Shown piece after piece: positions 1 to 12,000 of a stretch of 64,000 bases of DNA. This DNA comes from the human T2T-CHM13v2.0 reference genome, Homo sapiens. The notes under the pieces were generated by a model. The model had not been told where the DNA came from, did not search any database, and saw only the letters and a program-made list of their open reading frames with translations. The DNA lies in the NCBI RefSeq assembly GCF_009914755.1, contig NC_060925.1; one strand, given 5' to 3'. The translations under genes and the position numbers were made by a program. The number at the start of each line of letters is the position of its first letter. The first letter of the stretch is position 1.

Positions 1-3000
1 TTGACCGTAGCCAGAGGACTGTCCTGAGCGAGACTCTCGGTGACCTAAGCCAGAAGAGTGACCGGAGCCAGACTCATATGGGCCACGGCTGGAAGACCAC
101 CCTGAGCCAGACCCATATGGGCCGTAGCTGGAAGACTGCCCAGAACCAGACCCATGTCGGCCACGGCTAGGGCTAGGAGACTGGCCAGATCCAGACCCAT
201 GTTGGCCGTGGCCCAAAGACTGACGGGAGCCAGACCCATGCTGACCATAGCTGGAAGATGAACCTGAGCTAGATCCGTGTTGTTCACCCCTAGATGACTG
301 TCCTGACCTAGAGCCGTGTTGTTCGTAGCTGGAGGAGTGACCTGAGCCAGATCCATGCTGAGTGTAACCAGAGAACTGCCATGAGCTAGACTCATGGTGA
401 CCAAATCCAGAAGACTGACCTGAGCCAGACCCATGTCGGCCACTGCTGGAAGACCAACCGGAGCCAGACCCATGTTGGCCGTAGCTGGAAGAGTGCCCGG
501 AACCGGACCCATGTCGGCCGCGACTAGGAGACTGGCCAGATCCAGAGCCCTGTTGGCCATAGCTAGAAGACTGACTTGAGCCAGAGCCATGCTGACCGTG
601 GCTGGAAGACTGACCTGTGCTAGATCCCTCCTGGTCAAAGGTTGATGACTGTCCTGATGTAGAACCATGCTGTCCTTGGCTACAGAAGTGCCCTGAGCCA
701 CTACCATGCTGACTGTAAGCAGAGGAATGTCCTGAGCCAGACTCATGTTGACCAAAGACAGAAGAGTGACCCGAGCGAGACTCATATGGGCCACGGCTGG
801 AAGAACGACCTGAGCCAGACCCATGTTGGCCGTGGCTGGAGGAGTGCCCCAAACCGGACCCATGTCGGCCGCGGCTAGGGGACTGGCCAGATCCAGACCC
901 TTGTCGGCTGTGGCCCGAAGACTGACGGGAGCCAGACCCATGCTGACCATAGCGGGAAGACGAACCTGAGCTAGATCCGTGTCGTTCACCCCTAGATGAC
1001 TGTCCTGATCTAGAGCCGTGTTGTCCGTAGCCAGAGGAGTGACCTGAGCCAGACCCATGCTGACTGTAACTAGAGGACTGCCCTGAGCTAGACTCGTGGT
1101 GACCAAAGCCAGAAGACTCGCCTAAGCCAGACCCATGTTGGCCACTGGTGGAAGACCGACCGGAGCCAGACCCATGTCGGCCGTAGCTGGGAGACTGCCT
1201 TGACCCAGACCCACGCTGGCCGTGGCCTGGAGACTGGCCAGATCCAGAGCCCTGTCGGCCATAGCCAGAAGACTGACTTGAGCCAGAGCCATGCTGACCG
1301 TGGCTGGAAGACTGACCTGAGCTAGCTCCATGTTGGCCACAGCTCGATGACTGTCCTGATGTAGAACCATGTTGCCCATGGGTAGAGGAATGACCTGAGC
1401 TAGATCCATGTTGACCGTAGCCAGAGGACTGTCCTGAGTGAGACTCTCGGTGACCTAAGCCAGAAGAGTGACCGGAGCCAGACTCATATGGGCCACGGCT
1501 GGAAGACCACCCTGAGCCAGACCCATATGGGCCGTAGCTGGAAGACTGCCCAGAACCAGACCCATGTCGGCCACGGCTAGGGCTAGGAGACTGGCCAGAT
1601 CCAGACCCATGTTGGCCGTGGCCCAAAGACTGACGGGAGCCAGACCCATGCTGACCATAGCTGGAAGATGAACCTGAGCTAGATCCGTGTCGTTCACCCC
1701 TAGATGACTGTCCTGACCTAGAGCCGTGTTGTTCGTAGCTGGAGGAGTGACCTGAGCCAGATCCATGCTGAGTGTAACCAGAGGACTGCCATGAGCTAGA
1801 CTCGTGGTGACCAAATCCAGAAGACTGACCTGAGCCAGACCCATGTCGGCCACTGCTGGAAGACCAACCGGAGCCAGACCCATGTTGGCCGTAGCTGGAA
1901 GAGTGCCCGGAACCGGACCCATGTCGGCCGCGACTAGGAGACTGGCCAGATCCAGAGCCCTGTTGGCCATAGCTAGAAGACTGACTTGAGCCAGAGCCAT
2001 GCTGACCGTGGCTGGAAGACTGACCTGTGCTAGATCCCTCCTGGTCAAAGGTTGATGACTGTCCTGATGTAGAACCATGCTGTCCTTGGCTACAGAAGTG
2101 CCCTGAGCCACTACCATGCTGACTGTAAGCAGAGGAATGTCCTGAGCCAGACTCATGTTGACCAAAGACAGAAGAGTGACCCGAGCGAGACTCATATGGG
2201 CCACGGCTGGAAGAACGACCTGAGCCAGACCCATGTTGGCCGTGGCTGGAGGAGTGCCCCGAACCGGACCCATGTCGGCCGCGGTTAGGGGACTGGCCAG
2301 ATCCAGACCCTTGTCGGCCGTGGCCCGAAGACTGACGGGAGCCAGACCCATGCTGACCATAGCGGGAAGACGAACCTGAGCTAGATCCGTGTCGTTCACC
2401 CCTAGATGACTGTCCTGATCTAGAGCCGTGTTGTCCGTAGCCAGAGGAGTGACCTGAGCCAGACCCATGCTGACTGTAACTAGAGGACTGCCCTGAGCTA
2501 GACTCGTGGTGACCAAAGCCAGAAGACTCGCCTAAGCCAGACCCATGTTGGCCACTGCTGGAAGACCGACCGGAGCCAGACCCATGTCGGCCGTAGCTGG
2601 GAGACTGCCTTGACCCAGACCCACGCTGGCCGTGGCCTGGAGACTGGCCAGATCCAGAGCCCTGTCGGCCATAGCCAGAAGACTGACTTGAGCCAGAGCC
2701 ATGCTGACCGTGGCTGGAAGACTGACCTGAGCTAGCTCCATGTTGGCCACAGCTCGATGACTGTCCTGATGTAGAACCATGTTGCCCATGGGTAGAGGAA
2801 TGACCTGAGCTAGATCCATGTTGACCGTAGCCAGAGGACTGTCCTGAGCGAGACTCTCGGTGACCTAAGCCAGAAGAGTGACCGGAGCCAGACTCATATG
2901 GGCCACGGCTGGAAGACCACCCTGAGCCAGACCCATATGGGCTGTAGCTGGAAGACTGCCCAGAACCAGACCCATGTTGGCCACGGCTAGGGCTAGGAGA

Positions 3001-6000
3001 CTGGCCAGATCCAGACCCATGTTGGCCGTGGCCCAAAGACTGACGGGAGCCAGACCCATGCTGACCATAGCTGGAAGATGAACCTGAGCTAGATCCGTGT
3101 CGTTCACCCCTAGATGACTGTCCTGACCTAGAGCCGTGTTGTTCGTAGCTGGAGGAGTGACCTGAGCCAGATCCATGCTGAGTGTAACCAGAGGACTGCC
3201 ATGAGCTAGACTCGTGGTGACCAAATCCAGAAGACTGACCTGAGCCAGACCCATGTCGGCCACTGCTGGAAGACCAACCGGAGCCAGACCCATGTTGGCC
3301 GTAGCTGGAAGAGTGCCCGGAACAGGACCCATGTCGGCCGCGACTAGGAGACTGGCCAGATCCAGAGCCCTGTTGGCCATAGCTAGAAGACTGACTTGAG
3401 CCAGAGCCATGCTGACCGTGGCTGGAAGACTGACCTGAGCTAGCTCCATGTTGGCCACAGCTCGATGACTGTCCTGATGCAGAACCATGTTGCCCATGGG
3501 TAGAGGAATGACCTGAGCTAGATCCATGTTGACCGTAGCCAGAGGACAGTCCTGAGCGAGACTCTCGGTGACCTAAGCCAGAAGAGTGACCGGAGCCAGA
3601 CTCATATGGGCCACAGCTGGAAGACCACCCTGAGCCAGACCCATATGGGCTGTAGCTGGAAGACTGCCCAGAACCAGACCCATGTCGGCCACGGCTAGGG
3701 CTAGGAGACTGGCCAGATCCAGACCCATGTTGGCCGTGGCCCAAAGACTGACGGGAGTCAGACCCATGCTGACCATAGCTGGAAGATGAACCTGAGCTAG
3801 ATCCGTGTTGTTCACCCCTAGATGACTGTCCTGACCTAGAGCCGTGTTGTTCGTAGCTGGAGGAGTGACCTGAGCCAGATCCATGCTGAGTGTAACCAGA
3901 GGACTGCCATGAGCTAGACTCATGGTGACCAAATCCAGAAGACTGACCTGAGCCAGACCCATGTCGGCCACTGCTGGAAGACCAACCGGAGCCAGACCCA
4001 TGTTGGCCGTAGCTGGAAGAGTGCCCGGAACCGGACCCATGTCGGCCGCGACTAGGAGACTGGCCAGATCCAGAGCCCTGTTGGCCATAGCTAGAAGACT
4101 GACTTGAGCCAGAGCCATGCTGACCGTGGCTGGAAGACTGACCTGTGCTAGATCCCTCCTGGTCAAAGGTTGATGACTGTCCTGATGTAGAACCATGCTG
4201 TCCTTGGCTACAGAAGTGCCCTGAGCCACTACCATGCTGACTGTAAGCAGAGGAATGTCCTGAGCCAGACTCATGTTGACCAAAGACAGAAGAGTGACCC
4301 GAGCGAGACTCATATGGGCCACGGCTGGAAGAACGACCTGAGCCAGACCCATGTTGGCCGTGGCTGGAGGAGTGCCCCAAACCGGACCCATGTCGGCCGC
4401 GGCTAGGGGACTGGCCAGATCCAGACCCTTGTCGGCCGTGGCCCGAAGACTGACGGGAGCCAGACCCATGCTGACCATAGCGGGAAGACGAACCTGAGCT
4501 AGATCCGTGTCGTTCACCCCTAGATGACTGTCCTGATCTAGAGCCGTGTTGTCCGTAGCCAGAGGAGTGACCTGAGCCAGACCCATGCTGACTGTAACTA
4601 GAGGACTGCCCTGAGCTAGACTCGTGGTGACCAAAGCCAGAAGACTCGCCTAAGCCAGACCCATGTTGGCCACTGCTGGAAGACCGACCGGAGCCAGACC
4701 CGTGTCGGCCGTAGCTGGGAGACTGCCTTGACCCAGACCCACGCTGGCCGTGGCCTGGAGACTGGCCAGATCCAGAGCCCTGTCGGCCATAGCCAGAAGA
4801 CTGACTTGAGCCAGAGCCATGCTGACCGTGGCTGGAAGACTGACCTGAGCTAGCTCCATGTTGGCCACAGCTGGATGACTGTCCTGATGTAGAACCATGT
4901 TGCCCATGGGTAGAGGAATGACCTGAGCTAGATCCATGTTGACCGTAGCCAGAGGACTGTCCTGAGCGAGACTCTCGGTGACCTAAGCCAGAAGAGTGAC
5001 CGGAGCCAGACTCATATGGGCCACGGCTGGAAGACCACCCTGAGCCAGACCCATATGGGCTGTAGCTGGAAGACTGCCCAGAACCAGACCCATGTCGGCC
5101 ACGGCTAGGGCTAGGAGACTGGCCAGATCCAGACCCATGTTGGCCGTGGCCCAAAGACTGACGGGAGCCAGACCCATGCTGACCATAGCTGGAAGATGAA
5201 CCTGAGCTAGATCCGTGTCGTTCACCCCTAGATGACTGTCCTGACCTAGAGCCGTGTTGTTCGTAGCTGGAGGAGTGACCTGAGCCAGATCCATGCTGAG
5301 TGTAACCAGAGGACTGCCATGAGCTAGACTCGTGGTGACCAAATCCAGAAGACTGACCTGAGCCAGACCCATGTCGGCCACTGCTGGAAGACCAACCGGA
5401 GCCAGACCCATGTTGGCCGTAGCTGGAAGAGTGCCCGGAACAGGACCCATGTCGGCCGCGACTAGGAGACTGGCCAGATCCAGAGCCCTGTTGGCCATAG
5501 CTAGAAGACTGACTTGAGCCAGAGCCATGCTGACCGTGGCTGGAAGACTGACCTGAGCTAGCTCCATGTTGGCCACAGCTCGATGACTGTCCTGATGCAG
5601 AACCATGTTGCCCATGGGTAGAGGAATGACCTGAGCTAGATCCATGTTGACCGTAGCCAGAGGACAGTCCTGAGCGAGACTCTCGGTGACCTAAGCCAGA
5701 AGAGTGACCGGAGCCAGACTCATATGGGCCACAGCTGGAAGACCACCCTGAGCCAGACCCATATGGGCTGTAGCTGGAAGACTGCCCAGAACCAGACCCA
5801 TGTCGGCCACGGCTAGGGCTAGGAGACTGGCCAGATCCAGACCCATGTTGGCCGTGGCCCAAAGACTGACGGGAGCCAGACCCATGCTGACCATAGCTGG
5901 AAGATGAACCTGAGCTAGATCCGTGTTGTTCACCCCTAGATGACTGTCCTGACCTAGAGCCGTGTTGTTCGTAGCTGGAGGAGTGACCTGAGCCAGATCC

Positions 6001-9000
6001 ATGCTGAGTGTAACCAGAGGACTGCCATGAGCTAGACTCATGGTGACCAAATCCAGAAGACTGACCTGAGCCAGACCCATGTCGGCCACTGCTGGAAGAC
6101 CAACCGGAGCCAGACCCATGTTGGCCGTAGCTGGAAGAGTGCCCGGAACCGGACCCATGTCGGCCGCGACTAGGAGACTGGCCAGATCCAGAGCCCTGTT
6201 GGCCATAGCTAGAAGACTGACTTGAGCCAGAGCCATGCTGACCGTGGCTGGAAGACTGACCTGTGCTAGATCCCTCCTGGTCAAAGGTTGATGACTGTCC
6301 TGATGTAGAACCATGCTGTCCTTGGCTACAGAAGTGCCCTGAGCCACTACCATGCTGACTGTAAGCAGAGGAATGTCCTGAGCCAGACTCATGTTGACCA
6401 AAGACAGAAGAGTGACCCGAGCGAGACTCATATGGGCCACGGCTGGAAGAACGACCTGAGCCAGACCCATGTTGGCCGTGGCTGGAGGAGTGCCCCAAAC
6501 CGGACCCATGTCGGCCGCGGCTAGGGGACTGGCCAGATCCAGACCCTTGTCGGCCGTGGCCCGAAGACTGACGGGAGCCAGACCCATGCTGACCATAGCG
6601 GGAAGACGAACCTGAGCTAGATCCGTGTCGTTCACCCCTAGATGACTGTCCTGATCTAGAGCCGTGTTGTCCGTAGCCAGAGGAGTGACCTGAGCCAGAC
6701 CCATGCTGACTGTAACTAGAGGACTGCCCTGAGCTAGACTCGTGGTGACCAAAGCCAGAAGACTCGCCTAAGCCAGACCCATGTTGGCCACTGGTGGAAG
6801 ACCGACCGGAGCCAGACCCATGTCGGCCGTAGCTGGGAGACTGCCTTGACCCAGACCCACGCTGGCCGTGGCCTGGAGACTGGCCAGATCCAGAGCCCTG
6901 TCGGCCATAGCCAGAAGACTGACTTGAGCCAGAGCCATGCTGACCGTGGCTGGAAGACTGACCTGAGCTAGCTCCATGTTGGCCACAGCTCGATGACTGT
7001 CCTGATGTAGAACCATGTTGCCCATGGGTAGAGGAATGACCTGAGCTAGATCCATGTTGACCGTAGCCAGAGGACTGTCCTGAGCGAGACTCTCGGTGAC
7101 CTAAGCCAGAAGAGTGACCGGAGCCAGACTCATATGGGCCACGGCTGGAAGACCACCCTGAGCCAGACCCATATGGGCCGTAGCTGGAAGACTGCCCAGA
7201 ACCAGACCCATGTCGGCCACGGCTAGGGCTAGGAGACTGGCCAGATCCAGACCCATGTTGGCCGTGGCCCAAAGACTGACGGGAGCCAGACCCATGCTGA
7301 CCATAGCTGGAAGATGAACCTGAGCTAGATCCGTGTCGTTCACCCCTAGATGACTGTCCTGACCTAGAGCCGTGTTGTTCGTAGCTGGAGGAGTGACCTG
7401 AGCCAGATCCATGCTGAGTGTAACCAGAGGACTGCCATGAGCTAGACTCGTGGTGACCAAATCCAGAAGACTGACCTGAGCCAGACCCATGTCGGCCACT
7501 GCTGGAAGACCAACCGGAGCCAGACCCATGTTGGCCGTAGCTGGAAGAGTGCCCGGAACCGGACCCATGTCGGCCGCGACTAGGAGACTGGCCAGATCCA
7601 GAGCCCTGTTGGCCATAGCTAGAAGACTGACTTGAGCCAGAGCCATGCTGACCGTGGCTGGAAGACTGACCTGTGCTAGATCCCTCCTGGTCAAAGGTTG
7701 ATGACTGTCCTGATGTAGAACCATGCTGTCCTTGGCTACAGAAGTGCCCTGAGCCACTACCATGCTGACTGTAAGCAGAGGAATGTCCTGAGCCAGACTC
7801 ATGTTGACCAAAGACAGAAGAGTGACCCGAGCGAGACTCATATGGGCCACGGCTGGAAGAACGACCTGAGCCAGACCCATGTTGGCCGTGGCTGGAGGAG
7901 TGCCCCGAACCGGACCCATGTCGGCCGCGGCTAGGGGACTGGCCAGATCCAGACCCTTGTCGGCCGTGGCCCGAAGACTGACGGGAGCCAGACCCATGCT
8001 GACCATAGCGGGAAGACGAACCTGAGCTAGATCCGTGTCGTTCACCCCTAGATGACTGTCCTGATCTAGAGCCGTGTTGTCCGTAGCCAGAGGAGTGACC
8101 TGAGCCAGACCCATGCTGACTGTAACTAGAGGACTGCCCTGAGCTAGACTCGTGGTGACCAAAGCCAGAAGACTCGCCTAAGCCAGACCCATGTTGGCCA
8201 CTGCTGGAAGACCGACCGGAGCCAGACCCGTGTCGGCCGTAGCTGGGAGACTGCCTTGACCCAGACCCACGCTGGCCGTGGCCTGGAGACTGGCCAGATC
8301 CAGAGCCCTGTCGGCCATAGCCAGAAGACTGACTTGAGCCAGAGCCATGCTGACCGTGGCTGGAAGACTGACCTGAGCTAGCTCCATGTTGGCCACAGCT
8401 CGATGACTGTCCTGATGTAGAACCATGTTGCCCATGGGTAGAGGAATGACCTGAGCTAGATCCATGTTGACCGTAGCCAGAGGACTGTCCTGAGCGAGAC
8501 TCTCGGTGACCTAAGCCAGAAGAGTGACCGGAGCCAGACTCATATGGGCCACGGCTGGAAGACCACCCTGAGCCAGACCCATATGGGCTGTAGCTGGAAG
8601 ACTGCCCAGAACCAGACCCATGTCGGCCACGGCTAGGGCTAGGAGACTGGCCAGATCCAGACCCATGTTGGCCGTGGCCCAAAGACTGACGGGAGCCAGA
8701 CCCATGCTGACCATAGCTGGAAGATGAACCTGAGCTAGATCCGTGTCGTTCACCCCTAGATGACTGTCCTGACCTAGAGCCGTGTTGTTCGTAGCTGGAG
8801 GAGTGACCTGAGCCAGATCCATGCTGAGTGTAACCAGAGGACTGCCATGAGCTAGACTCGTGGTGACCAAATCCAGAAGACTGACCTGAGCCAGACCCAT
8901 GTCGGCCACTGCTGGAAGACCAACCGGAGCCAGACCCATGTTGGCCGTAGCTGGAAGAGTGCCCGGAACAGGACCCATGTCGGCCGCGACTAGGAGACTG

Positions 9001-12000
9001 GCCAGATCCAGAGCCCTGTTGGCCATAGCTAGAAGACTGACTTGAGCCAGAGCCATGCTGACCGTGGCTGGAAGACTGACCTGAGCTAGCTCCATGTTGG
9101 CCACAGCTCGATGACTGTCGTGATGCAGAACCATGTTGCCCATGGGTAGAGGAATGACCTGAGCTAGATCCATGTTGACCGTAGCCAGAGGACAGTCCTG
9201 AGCGAGACTCTCGGTGACCTAAGCCAGAAGAGTGACCGGAGCCAGACTCATATGGGCCACAGCTGGAAGACCACCCTGAGCCAGACCCATATGGGCTGTA
9301 GCTGGAAGACTGCCCAGAACCAGACCCATGTCGGCCACGGCTAGGGCTAGGAGACTGGCCAGATCCAGACCCATGTTGGCCGTGGCCCAAAGACTGACGG
9401 GAGCCAGACCCATGCTGACCATAGCTGGAAGATGAACCTGAGCTAGATCCGTGTTGTTCACCCCTAGATGACTGTCCTGACCTAGAGCCGTGTTGTTCGT
9501 AGCTGGAGGAGTGACCTGAGCCAGATCCATGCTGAGTGTAACCAGAGGACTGCCATGAGCTAGACTCATGGTGACCAAATCCAGAAGACTGACCTGAGCC
9601 AGACCCATGTCGGCCACTGCTGGAAGACCAACCGGAGCCAGACCCATGTTGGCCGTAGCTGGAAGAGTGCCCGGAACCGGACCCATGTCGGCCGCGACTA
9701 GGAGACTGGCCAGATCCAGAGCCCTGTTGGCCATAGCTAGAAGACTGACTTGAGCCAGAGCCATGCTGACCGTGGCTGGAAGACTGACCTGTGCTAGATC
9801 CCTCCTGGTCAAAGGTTGATGACTGTCCTGATGTAGAACCATGCTGTCCTTGGCTACAGAAGTGCCCTGAGCCACTACCATGCTGACTGTAAGCAGAGGA
9901 ATGTCCTGAGCCAGACTCATGTTGACCAAAGACAGAAGAGTGACCCGAGCGAGACTCATATGGGCCACGGCTGGAAGAACGACCTGAGCCAGACCCATGT
10001 TGGCCGTGGCTGGAGGAGTGCCCCAAACCGGACCCATGTCGGCCGCGGCTAGGGGACTGGCCAGATCCAGACCCTTGTCGGCCGTGGCCCGAAGACTGAC
10101 GGGAGCCAGACCCATGCTGACCATAGCGGGAAGACGAACCTGAGCTAGATCCGTGTCGTTCACCCCTAGATGACTGTCCTGATCTAGAGCCGTGTTGTCC
10201 GTAGCCAGAGGAGTGACCTGAGCCAGACCCATGCTGACTGTAACTAGAGGACTGCCCTGAGCTAGACTCGTGGTGACCAAAGCCAGAAGACTCGCCTAAG
10301 CCAGACCCATGTTGGCCACTGCTGGAAGACCGACCGGAGCCAGACCCATGTCGGCCGTAGCTGGGAGACTGCCTTGACCCAGACCCACGCTGGCCGTGGC
10401 CTGGAGACTGGCCAGATCCAGAGCCCTGTCGGCCATAGCCAGAAGACTGACTTGAGCCAGAGCCATGCTGACCGTGGCTGGAAGACTGACCTGAGCTAGC
10501 TCCATGTTGGCCACAGCTCGATGACTGTCCTGATGTAGAACCATGTTGCCCATGGGTAGAGGAATGACCTGAGCTAGATCCATGTTGACCGTAGCCAGAG
10601 GACTGTCCTGAGCGAGACTCTCGGTGACCTAAGCCAGAAGAGTGACCGGAGCCAGACTCATATGGGCCACGGCTGGAAGACCACCCTGAGCCAGACCCAT
10701 ATGGGCCGTAGCTGGAAGACTGCCCAGAACCAGACCCATGTCGGCCACGGCTAGGGCTAGGAGACTGGCCAGATCCAGACCCATGTTGGCCGTGGCCCAA
10801 AGACTGACGGGAGCCAGACCCATGCTGACCATAGCTGGAAGATGAACCTGAGCTAGATCCGTGTCGTTCACCCCTAGATGACTGTCCTGACCTAGAGCCG
10901 TGTTGTTCGTAGCTGGAGGAGTGACCTGAGCCAGATCCATGCTGAGTGTAACCAGAGGACTGCCATGAGCTAGACTCGTGGTGACCAAATCCAGAAGACT
11001 GACCTGAGCCAGACCCATGTCGGCCACTGCTGGAAGACCAACCGGAGCCAGACCCATGTTGGCCGTAGCTGGAAGAGTGCCCGGAACCGGACCCATGTCG
11101 GCCGCGACTAGGAGACTGGCCAGATCCAGAGCCCTGTTGGCCATAGCTAGAAGACTGACTTGAGCCAGAGCCATGCTGACCGTGGCTGGAAGACTGACCT
11201 GTGCTAGATCCCTCCTGGTCAAAGGTTGATGACTGTCCTGATGTAGAACCATGCTGTCCTTGGCTACAGAAGTGCCCTGAGCCACTACCATGCTGACTGT
11301 AAGCAGAGGAATGTCCTGAGCCAGACTCATGTTGACCAAAGACAGAAGAGTGACCCGAGCGAGACTCATATGGGCCACGGCTGGAAGAACGACCTGAGCC
11401 AGACCCATGTTGGCCGTGGCTGGAGGAGTGCCCCGAACCGGACCCATGTCGGCCGCGGCTAGGGGACTGGCCAGATCCAGACCCTTGTCGGCCGTGGCCC
11501 GAAGACTGACGGGAGCCAGACCCATGCTGACCATAGCGGGAAGACGAACCTGAGCTAGATCCGTGTCGTTCACCCCTAGATGACTGTCCTGATCTAGAGC
11601 CGTGTTGTCCGTAGCCAGAGGAGTGACCTGAGCCAGACCCATGCTGACTGTAACTAGAGGACTGCCCTGAGCTAGACTCGTGGTGACCAAAGCCAGAAGA
11701 CTCGCCTAAGCCAGACCCATGTTGGCCACTGCTGGAAGACCGACCGGAGCCAGACCCATGTCGGCCGTAGCTGGGAGACTGCCTTGACCCAGACCCACGC
11801 TGGCTGTGGCCTGGAGACTGGCCAGATCCAGAGCCCTGTCGGCCATAGCCAGAAGACTGACTTGAGCCAGAGCCATGCTGACCGTGGCTGGAAGACTGAC
11901 CTGAGCTAGCTCCATGTTGGCCACAGCTCGATGACTGTCCTGATGTAGAACCGTGTTGCCCATGGGTAGAGGAATGACCTGAGCTAGATCCATGTTGACC

